A stretch of DNA of 64,000 nucleotides from Thermoanaerobaculia bacterium (lineage in GTDB: Bacteria > Acidobacteriota > Thermoanaerobaculia > Multivoradales > UBA5704), in NCBI GenBank assembly GCA_036002325.1, contig DASYTJ010000026.1:2416-66415 (forward strand), read 5' to 3'. A model generated the notes under the pieces. That model had not been told where the DNA came from and did not search any database. It was given only the letters and a program-made list of their open reading frames with translations. Position 1 is the first letter of the stretch, and each line of letters starts with the position of its first letter. Both the position numbers and the translations under genes were made by a program. Below, piece by piece: positions 1 to 8,033 of this stretch.

Positions 1-2
1 TG

Positions 3-200
3 CAGGCATCGACATGGTTCGACCTGGATCCCCATCCGCTCAAGGTCGCCGCACCCCCTCCGCGCCAAAACCCGCGCGTCATGTTCGCGCACCTGGAGGA
101 AGACCTGAACTACGGTAAAGCGTACCTTACCACAGCCTGTGGAGATCCACGACTGACACCAGTCTACTTTAAGAATCCTGCAATTGAAAGGCAGATTTGA
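3..200 (+). CDS. C-terminal end (65 aa) of a CDS entering from upstream of the window; function unknown
   Basis: Frame 3 is open from the window edge to TGA 198-200 (..WFDLDPHPLKVAAPPPRQNPRVMFAHLEEDLNYGKAYLTTACGDPRLTPVYFKNPAIERQI). It is convergent with the next gene and followed by a palindromic hairpin. It is absent from the ORF track because it has no start in the window. Confidence 0.4.
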   Translation, partial: QASTWFDLDPHPLKVAAPPPRQNPRVMFAHLEEDLNYGKAYLTTACGDPRLTPVYFKNPAIERQI

Positions 201-232
201 GGGGTGCAGAGCGCGCCCTTGCGTGCTTCAGG

Positions 233-262
233 GGCAGGGGCGCAGCATGCTGCGCCCCTGCC
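233..262. terminator. 30-bp perfect palindrome between convergent genes (possible bidirectional terminator hairpin)
   Basis: GGCAGGGGCGCAGCA/TGCTGCGCCCCTGCC with 15-bp arms. It lies between the stop at 198-200 (+) and the stop at 274-276 (-). There is no U-tract. Confidence 0.45.
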
Positions 263-273
263 AGTCTGCAGGC

Positions 274-2475
274 CTACTTCACCGGCTGTGCCGCGCCGCT
301 GTGGACGGCCTGCTCCATCAGGGTGCGGATCTCCTTCTTCGCCTCCTCGCCGGCGGCCTCCTGCTGGCGTCCCAGCTCTTCCTGCTGGCGGCCGAGCTCC
401 TCCTGCTGGCGGCCGAGGGCTTCCTGCTGCCTTCCCAGCTCTTCCTGCTGCTGGCCCAACGCCTCCATCTTCCCTTCGAGCTCGCGCTCGCGCCGCTCGA
501 GGGTCGCGTCATCGTCGTCGCGGCCCATGCGCTCGGCCGAAAGAGCCGCCATCTGGGCGCCGAGGGCTCCCTGCTGGCCTCCCAACTGGCCCTGCCTGGC
601 GCCCAGCGCTCCCTGCTTGGCGCCCAGCTCACCCTGGCGCGCCCCGAGAGCTCCCTGCCTGGCGCCCAGCTCCATCTGCGGCTTGAAGATCTCCTCGGCC
701 TGCTTGAGCACCGCCGGGTCGCGGACGACGTACTCCCTACCGTCGTGGCGGAACCACAGGATGGCCTCCTTCGAGTCGCCGCGGAGCCGCTTCAGTTTCC
801 GGAAGTCGTCCATGTCGCCGCTCATCATGCTCGCCGAGTCGTTGCCGTAGAGCAGGATCCAGGAATCCCCATCGTCGCTCGAAACCCAGGAGTAGCCGTG
901 TTTCCGCGGAGCGGGCGGAGCCGGCGGCGCCATGGGAGCCGCCGCGTAGGCCCGCGGAGCGCCGGGAGGGACGCCGGCCCAAGCCGTCCTGGCTGCCGGC
1001 AGAGGGGCGCCCGGTCGCGGCGCGGCGGCCGGCAAGGGAGCGCCGACCAGAGCAGGAGCGGCCATCGGCGCCGCACCGGGAGTCGGCCCCGCCGCGGGCC
1101 TTGGAGCCGCGGGGGCCAAGGCCCCTGCCACACCACCGGGGACACCGCCTGCCACCCCACCAACAACGCCTCCAGGGATACCGCCGGCGACCCCGCCCTT
1201 GACGCCCCCCGGAATGGCACCCTCAACCCCGCCGATGACACCACCCACGACACCGCCCGGAATCCCCTCCGCCACAGCCGCGGGCGCCTCCGCCGGCTCG
1301 GCTTCTTCGGCCGCCTCGGCCACTGCCGGCGCCGTCGCTTCGGTCGCCTCGGAAGCGGGCTCGGCCTGCGCCTCCGGCGCCGGCTGCTGGGCCACGATAC
1401 GGAGGGGGATCAACCCCGCGAGAACCGCCGCCCCTGCCAGCCACCACCAGCCGGAGAGACGGCGTTTGTTGTCGGAACTCTGCTGAAGCATCTGAAGTCT
1501 CCTTTTGAGGTTCTGCAGCGAAGGTGAGGCGCCCGCAGCGGCGAGACCGGTCTCTCGCGGGGCCACACCCCACCGGAGAAGAAGGCGTCCGTAGGCCTGG
1601 GGCGCCGACCCCAGGACGCGGAGCACCTCCGCGTCGCACGCGGCTTCGCGGGCGATCGCGTATTCACGGGCGGCCAGCGCCGCCAGCGGATGAAAGAAAA
1701 AGATCCGGTGCGCCAGGGCCGGCACCCAGCCGAGCCAGAGATCCCTCCGGCGCAGGTGGACCAACTCGTGGCAGAGCGTCATCGAGATCTCCGCCGGCGC
1801 GAGACGCGCCAGGCCGGATTCAGGGAGCAGCACCAGCGGCCGCAGCAGGCCGATCGCCTGCGGCGTCCGTACCTCCCGCGAGCCGCGCAGATCCGGCTGC
1901 CGGCGCAGCGCCAGCAGCGCGCACAGCTCGGCGAAGATCGTCCGGATCCAGGCCTCTTGCAGCGGCTCCGCGCGCCGTACCACCCCGCGGGTGAAGCGGA
2001 GCTGGCGGAAAGCCCTGACGGATTGGAGAGCGAGGCCGGCGAGCCAGAGGAGGAGAATCGCGGTCCATCCAATCCGTTTCGCCCCCTCCCGAACCCTCAC
2101 CCCTGACCCCTCTCCCGCCCCCTCCCTCCCCACCTCACCGGGAGAGGGGAAAACAACATCCGGAGAAACGGCTTCTTGCTCGATCTCGCTCCCTCCTCTC
2201 CCGGTGGGGGCGGGAGGGAGGGGTCGGGAGAGGAGGGCCGGGGTGGTGAGGGCCGGCAGGAGCGGCAGCTCGACGGGGACGATCCAGACGAGTCCCACCA
2301 GCAGCTTCAGGCACGCGGCCCACCAGAGGCCGCAGCGCACCGAGGCCGGCAGGCGCGGGAAGAGGCGGCAGGCGAGCCAGACGGCGGCGATGAACAGGGC
2401 GCCCTGGAGGGAGGTCCGCAGCAGCGCCTCGATGAGAGTTCCGGAACCGAGCCCCACCGCCGCGAGCGCGCTCAT
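274..2475 (-). CDS. BlaR1/MecR1-type M56 family membrane metallopeptidase signal transducer with a non-canonical C-terminal half
   Basis: ATG 2475 overlaps the stop of the upstream BlaI-like gene (ATGA). The N-terminus has TM segments, and the HEXXH zinc motif sits in M56 context (LCHELVHLRRRDLWLGW). The track ORF 274-3018 is over-extended at its 5' end. The C-terminal half has GGV repeats, a Pro/Ala linker, a globular segment and heptad repeats instead of a penicillin-binding sensor. Confidence 0.85.
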   Translation of the reverse strand: MSALAAVGLGSGTLIEALLRTSLQGALFIAAVWLACRLFPRLPASVRCGLWWAACLKLLVGLVWIVPVELPLLPALTTPALLSRPLPPAPTGRGGSEIEQEAVSPDVVFPSPGEVGREGAGEGSGVRVREGAKRIGWTAILLLWLAGLALQSVRAFRQLRFTRGVVRRAEPLQEAWIRTIFAELCALLALRRQPDLRGSREVRTPQAIGLLRPLVLLPESGLARLAPAEISMTLCHELVHLRRRDLWLGWVPALAHRIFFFHPLAALAAREYAIAREAACDAEVLRVLGSAPQAYGRLLLRWGVAPRETGLAAAGASPSLQNLKRRLQMLQQSSDNKRRLSGWWWLAGAAVLAGLIPLRIVAQQPAPEAQAEPASEATEATAPAVAEAAEEAEPAEAPAAVAEGIPGGVVGGVIGGVEGAIPGGVKGGVAGGIPGGVVGGVAGGVPGGVAGALAPAAPRPAAGPTPGAAPMAAPALVGAPLPAAAPRPGAPLPAARTAWAGVPPGAPRAYAAAPMAPPAPPAPRKHGYSWVSSDDGDSWILLYGNDSASMMSGDMDDFRKLKRLRGDSKEAILWFRHDGREYVVRDPAVLKQAEEIFKPQMELGARQGALGARQGELGAKQGALGARQGQLGGQQGALGAQMAALSAERMGRDDDDATLERRERELEGKMEALGQQQEELGRQQEALGRQQEELGRQQEELGRQQEAAGEEAKKEIRTLMEQAVHSGAAQPVK
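2084..2252. repeat. GC-rich composite palindromic repeat element (two inverted hairpin modules) lying in-frame inside the BlaR1-like CDS
   Basis: CCCTCACCCCTGACCCCTCTCCC...CACCGGGAGAGGGG and its inverted partner CCCTCCTCTCCCGGTG...GGGAGAGGAGGGCCGGGGTGGTGAGGG flank a lower-GC spacer of about 40 bp. Same sequence family as 46478-46529 and 47716-47867. Confidence 0.6.
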
Positions 2476-2861
2476 GGCTCCTCCTTCCGCTGCGATTGGA
2501 GCTTCGCCACCAGCTCTTCCAGCTCGGCCAGCTCCTCGTCCGAGACCCGCGCCTCCTCCGTGAGGTAGGTCACGAAAGGCGACACGTTGCCGCCGAGCGT
2601 CTTCTCGACGAATGTCCGCACCACGTCCCGCATCACCTGCCCGGGGCTGGCCGGCGAGAAGTACTGATAGACCCCCGCGACCTGCCGGCGATCGAGATGT
2701 CCCTTCTGGCGCAGGCGCTCCATCATCGTCAGCACCGTCGAGCGGGCCAACCCGCGCGGCACGCCGAACCCCTCCGCCGCCTGTCCCACCGTGGCGCCTC
2801 CCTGCTCCGCCACGTACTGCAGCAGCGCCAGCTCTTGATCTCCGATCGACTTGGGCTTCAT
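2472..2861 (-). CDS. BlaI/MecI/CopY family winged-helix transcriptional repressor
   Basis: 129 aa. The N-terminal wHTH (LALLQYVAEQGGATVGQAAEGFGVPRGLARSTVLTMMERLRQKGHL) and C-terminal dimerisation helix are typical of the family. GGAGGG lies just upstream of ATG 2861. The gene is translationally coupled to the M56 gene. Confidence 0.9.
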   Translation of the reverse strand: MKPKSIGDQELALLQYVAEQGGATVGQAAEGFGVPRGLARSTVLTMMERLRQKGHLDRRQVAGVYQYFSPASPGQVMRDVVRTFVEKTLGGNVSPFVTYLTEEARVSDEELAELEELVAKLQSQRKEEP

Positions 2862-2896
2862 CGTCCCTCCGTCTGCCTACATCTGTCATCATCCTA

Positions 2897-2922
2897 CCCT
2901 TGACGACATCTGTCGTCAAGGG
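2897..2922. promoter_or_regulatory. Putative BlaI/CopY-type operator (12-bp perfect inverted repeat around an ACAnnTGT core)
   Basis: CCCTTGACGACA-TC-TGTCGTCAAGGG about 35 bp upstream of the blaI-like start. A second box, TACATCTGTC, lies at 2878-2887. Confidence 0.6.
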
Positions 2923-3069
2923 TGTACGCCGACGAGCGGGGAAAGTTTTGAGGCTTCCTCGAAACCTGCGAGGCACCTTGGTAGAGGAGGGACCGATCGG
3001 AACGAAGAGCAGCAGCAAAAGGCCGGCACCCGACGGGGTGTGGCGTCGTATTGGCCCGATTGAGTCTCC

Positions 3070-3663
3070 CTACTCCCCCCACCGCACCTCGAACGTGCAG
3101 TAAGGGCTCCCTTCCCAGATGCAGGCGACCTCCCGGGCCGAGCCCTGGACGCCGAAGGCCTTGAGGTAGCCATGGAGGATGCCGACGAAGGTCTCGCAGG
3201 GCGTCGGCCGGCCGGGCCGGTAGAGGAGGGCGCGTCCCGGCTCGATCTGCGGCGGCGGCCAGGTCTGGTTGGCGTAGTACGTCGTGTCGTTCTGCGACGC
3301 CTGCTCGAGGACTTGGAAGGCTTCCAGGATCGTCTTGCCCTGGAACATCTCGGGGTTGGCGCGCAGACGGCTGGGGATGATCTGCTCGCCCAAACGCGCC
3401 ATCGAAAGGCCCGCGCGCGCCGCCCGGTCGCAGATCAAGGCAACGTCACGGCCGGGATACATCTCCTCCGGAAGAAAGACCTTGTTCCCCAGATCCCACT
3501 TGATGGATTCCACCAGCGCCGGTCCGCCGAGGACTCCCGCGGCGGCCAGATAGGCAATGGCATAGCGACCCTTGGTCTTTCCCTCGAAGCTCTGGACGAA
3601 GCGCTCGTGGGCGGCGCTCTTGGCGAAGGCGACCGCGGCAAGCTGCGGGCTTTCGGAGATCAT
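3070..3663 (-). CDS. V4R (4-vinyl reductase-like) domain protein, function unknown
   Basis: 197 aa. The C-terminal Cys/Gly pattern PCETFVGILHGYLKAFG...EVACIWEGSPYCTFEV matches the V4R small-molecule-binding domain signature as I remember it. Confidence 0.55.
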   Translation of the reverse strand: MISESPQLAAVAFAKSAAHERFVQSFEGKTKGRYAIAYLAAAGVLGGPALVESIKWDLGNKVFLPEEMYPGRDVALICDRAARAGLSMARLGEQIIPSRLRANPEMFQGKTILEAFQVLEQASQNDTTYYANQTWPPPQIEPGRALLYRPGRPTPCETFVGILHGYLKAFGVQGSAREVACIWEGSPYCTFEVRWGE

Positions 3664-3728
3664 CGGGCATCCCCCCTCATTTGAAGAAACGAAGCATGGT
3701 CGTCTTCAAAGCAGGGTGCCGGGACGTG

Positions 3729-4403
3729 CTAAGAATGCGCCGCTGACGTCCCCTTTGGAGGAAAGGCGAAGCCGCGTGCGGTCACCGTGATCCAGGCGAT
3801 CCGCCCCTCCGGCAGCTTGCCGAAGGGGGGTGCATAGACGCTGTCGCCCGCGGCGGGGATGTAGGCCTCGTAAGGGAGCGCGCGGATCGCGGCGGCGTCG
3901 AGCACCTTTCCGCCCGCGGAGTAGGACCAGTCCTCCTCGTTGTGAAGGAACTCCCCCGGGTCCACGACGCCGAGCTTCAAGCTCCCTGAACCTGCGGGCC
4001 GGACCACGACTCCGGCGCTGGGCCGGTCGGTCATCAGCACCAGCTCCTGGGCCACCGCGAGGGCCTTGCCGCGGATCTCGATCAGCAACGCGTGGAGATC
4101 CTGCATGCCGGCGCCGGACGACGCCCAGGCGAGGAGAACGAAGTGGCGGTCATCCAGCCGGTACTGAGGACCGGGGATGGGCACTCCGAAGTCCTCGCTT
4201 CCCTGGAGGACCAGCGGCTCGAGCGTGCCGAGAGCGATCTTCACGCGGTTCGCGTAGTGCATCGTCCCGGTGCTCCCGGTTTCCGGATAGGTGGCCGAGA
4301 TCTCCAGCCCGGGCGGCTCGGCGCCGGCGGAGACGGCCTGGAGTAAAAAGAGCGTTGCGACAGCGACCAGACTGCGCCGTTCAAAGCCTTGCCTCACCAG
4401 CAC
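3729..4403 (-). CDS. Secreted hypothetical protein
   Basis: GTG 4403 is preceded by AGGAGG (4407-4412). Sec-type signal RRSLVAVATLFLLQAVSAGA. The track ORF (to 4541) extends 5' without support. Confidence 0.6.
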   Translation of the reverse strand: MLVRQGFERRSLVAVATLFLLQAVSAGAEPPGLEISATYPETGSTGTMHYANRVKIALGTLEPLVLQGSEDFGVPIPGPQYRLDDRHFVLLAWASSGAGMQDLHALLIEIRGKALAVAQELVLMTDRPSAGVVVRPAGSGSLKLGVVDPGEFLHNEEDWSYSAGGKVLDAAAIRALPYEAYIPAAGDSVYAPPFGKLPEGRIAWITVTARGFAFPPKGTSAAHS

Positions 4404-4410
4404 GTTCCTC

Positions 4411-4947
4411 CTAACTGGGTGCGACCTTCCGGTATCTCGTCGCCTTTCGTCCTCGGCTGTACGTCTCGATCCCCAGCTCCTTATCCGCCCACATCTTCTC
4501 GAGGATCCGAACGAGGGTGGACCTTGCTGGTTCGTATCCAAGCGCCTCTTCCAGATCGTGCCGGTCGAAAACCTCGGGGAGTTGGGGGAGCACGTTCTGG
4601 ACCGCCCGCTTGAGCCCTCCCGGCGACGTCAGCCGGATCTTCTCCGGTTGCCCGGCAGGGTGTTGCTTCTCTACTTGCGTCCCAACAGGGACTTGCTCCT
4701 CGCTTGAGCCTTGCGGCCCACCTGTCTCTTGAGTCTCACCAGGGCTTTGCGTCTCATCCGGTAGCGGCTTCTTGCCTTCCTGCTCTTCGCCCCACGGGTC
4801 CCCTCCTGCGGAGGGGACTGCCGAAGCGAGCCACAGCATCTCGAGCGCGCGGAGCTTGGCGAGATGCGCGGTCCGGATGAGCTCGAGATCCTCCTCGTAT
4901 TGCTTTTCGAGCGCGCGCCGGCGCTTCTCGTATTCATTGTGCCGCAT
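4411..4947 (-). CDS. Hypothetical protein with an N-terminal coiled coil, an acidic/Pro-rich linker and a C-terminal winged-helix-like segment
   Basis: ATG 4947 (MRHNEYEKRRRALEKQYEEDLE) is preceded by AAGGGA. The C-terminus DLEEALGYEPARSTLVRILEKMWADKELGIETYSRGRKATRYRK looks like a wHTH. The stop lies 8 nt before the next gene. Confidence 0.5.
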   Translation of the reverse strand: MRHNEYEKRRRALEKQYEEDLELIRTAHLAKLRALEMLWLASAVPSAGGDPWGEEQEGKKPLPDETQSPGETQETGGPQGSSEEQVPVGTQVEKQHPAGQPEKIRLTSPGGLKRAVQNVLPQLPEVFDRHDLEEALGYEPARSTLVRILEKMWADKELGIETYSRGRKATRYRKVAPS

Positions 4948-5038
4948 CGAATTCCCTTTGGCCGCATTGCGATTGCAGTTCCAATCCATCGTATCCGATC
5001 GCTACGGACATGAGCGGCGGCCTCCATCGAAGAGGAGC

Positions 5039-5342
5039 GGACGGTTCGCCCCGAGGTATGGACGGTTCGTGCCGCGCGATGGGCCACAACGAGCGAGGTC
5101 TGGACGGTTGGCGCCGCTTCCGCTACCGGCCACTATCCCACGTGGACGGTTGCAGCCGCGAATCCAACTGCCCACTCCGGGTTGTGGACGGTTCGCGTCT
5201 CGGGCCGCAAACCGTCCAGACCTCGGATGGACGGTTCAAGCCGGGACACGAACCGCCCGCACCGCGAGCCCAACCGTCCACTCCGCGGCCGGAACCGCCC
5301 GCCTCCCGGTCATCGCAGCCACGGGACCGGCGCCAACCGTTC
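5039..5342. repeat. Phased array of 11 copies of an 8-bp core (6 direct GGACGGTT, 5 inverted AACCG[T/C][C/T]C) on a 21/42-bp register
   Basis: Direct copies start at 5039, 5060, 5102, 5144, 5186 and 5229. Inverted copies start at 5210, 5251, 5272, 5293 and 5335. The array is intergenic between the wHTH-like gene (-) and the beta-glucosidase gene (+). Confidence 0.8.
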
Positions 5343-5443
5343 CGACTGCCGCGATGGACAGGTAGAAGCCGGCTCGAACCCTCCGTGGGCCGGAGCGGCT
5401 CTCGACATTCGCGGTCTGTGGCTGCGATAGAGTCCGGCATCCA

Positions 5444-6793
<1,350 letters not shown>

Positions 6794-7013
6794 CCGAAGG
6801 GCCTACCCGCAGAAGCCTCCGTCCACACTCCAGACAACTCCGTCCAGGTCCCGGACGCCGGCCCCTCCGCCAACGGCCGGAGATCCCGCAAACCTCTGAT
6901 CCGCATAGGTTTCTCCGCTTCCGCGGCAAGGTATCAGTCTTGCAGAACAAGGTCCGCCAAAGGCAACACCGTACGTGGCAGCCTCACGGCCGAACGGCTT
7001 TCGGAGACGAACC

Positions 7014-8033
7014 ATGTCCCACGAAACGATCGAAGATCCCTGGAGCCTTGCGGTCCTGCTGGTGGAGGATGATCCGGCCGCGGCGCGGGTCGTCCGCGAA
7101 CGGCTGGCGAGCGAGCGCCGCGGCCACCTCGCCGTCGAGGTCGTCCCCCGCCTGGAGCAGGCCGTCGAGGCGCTGCGGCAGCGGGCGTACGACGTCCTGC
7201 TGATCGACCTGGCGCTGCCGCGGGAGCCCGGCCTGGAGACGCTGCTGGGCGCCCAGATGCTCGCGCAGCGGATCCCGATCGTGGTGATGACCACCTACCC
7301 CGACGAGGAGCTGGGCGTGCGGGCGGTGGAGGCGGGCATCCAGGAATATCTGATGACGGGCGGCGGCATTCCCGCGGACCTCGGCGGCACTCTGCGCCAC
7401 GCGGCGATCCGCCACCGCATCGTCGCCAAGCTGCGTCGGAGCTGCCAGGTCGCCGCCTGCCGCGCCTCGCGCGATCCGGCGACGGGGCTGGCCAGCCGGC
7501 CCGCGTTCCTGCGCAAGCTGTGGGACGCGCTGGAATTCGCCGAACGTTTCCACGAGCGGCCCGCTCTCCTCCTGGTGGAGCCGGAGGACTTCGCGGCCGT
7601 CAAGGAGCGGCTGGGCCCGGTGCTCGGAGCCAACCTGTTGCAGGAGCTCAGCCGCCGCCTGAGCTGGTGCGTGCGCCGCAGCGACTGTCTCGGGCGCCTG
7701 ACGGACGAGGAGTTCGCCGTCCTGGTGCCGCACGCCGCGACGTCGCCCGCCATCCGCATGATAGCGGAGCGAATCCGCCTCACCTTTACCGCGCCGTTCC
7801 GCACCGGCGGTCCGAGCCTCCGGTTGCGCGCCAGCCTCGGCGCCGCCTGGTACCCGATGGACGGCGAAACGGTTGGGGCCCTCGTCAAGGCCGCCGAAAC
7901 GGCCCTGGCGGAGGCCCGAGACCTCGGCGGCAACCGCTGCCAGCTCTTCCGCGGCCACGACGTGCCGCCCTGGCCGGAAGACGTGGCGAGTGCGCTTTCG
8001 CTGCAGCAGACCGCCGCGGGAGGTCCCGGATGA
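7014..8033 (+). CDS. Response regulator with a receiver domain fused to a degenerate GGDEF domain
   Basis: ATG 7014 with GGAGA upstream. REC domain (VLLVEDDPAAARVV...DVLLIDLALP). The GGDEF-type domain has TDEEF in place of GG[DE]EF (CLGRLTDEEFAVLV). Confidence 0.85.
   Translation: MSHETIEDPWSLAVLLVEDDPAAARVVRERLASERRGHLAVEVVPRLEQAVEALRQRAYDVLLIDLALPREPGLETLLGAQMLAQRIPIVVMTTYPDEELGVRAVEAGIQEYLMTGGGIPADLGGTLRHAAIRHRIVAKLRRSCQVAACRASRDPATGLASRPAFLRKLWDALEFAERFHERPALLLVEPEDFAAVKERLGPVLGANLLQELSRRLSWCVRRSDCLGRLTDEEFAVLVPHAATSPAIRMIAERIRLTFTAPFRTGGPSLRLRASLGAAWYPMDGETVGALVKAAETALAEARDLGGNRCQLFRGHDVPPWPEDVASALSLQQTAAGGPG

Noticed and set aside
2476-3018. 5' extensions of track ORFs beyond well-supported starts. 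Examples are 274-3018, 11361-13301, 12890-14326, 24773-28786, 23282-24517, 52235-53461, 52969-55296, 7520-10861 and 20695-22104.
   Set aside because: Internal starts have Shine-Dalgarno sequences, ATGA/GTGA coupling to the upstream gene, or signal peptides or family N-termini beginning there. The extensions overlap neighbouring genes and encode low-complexity sequence.
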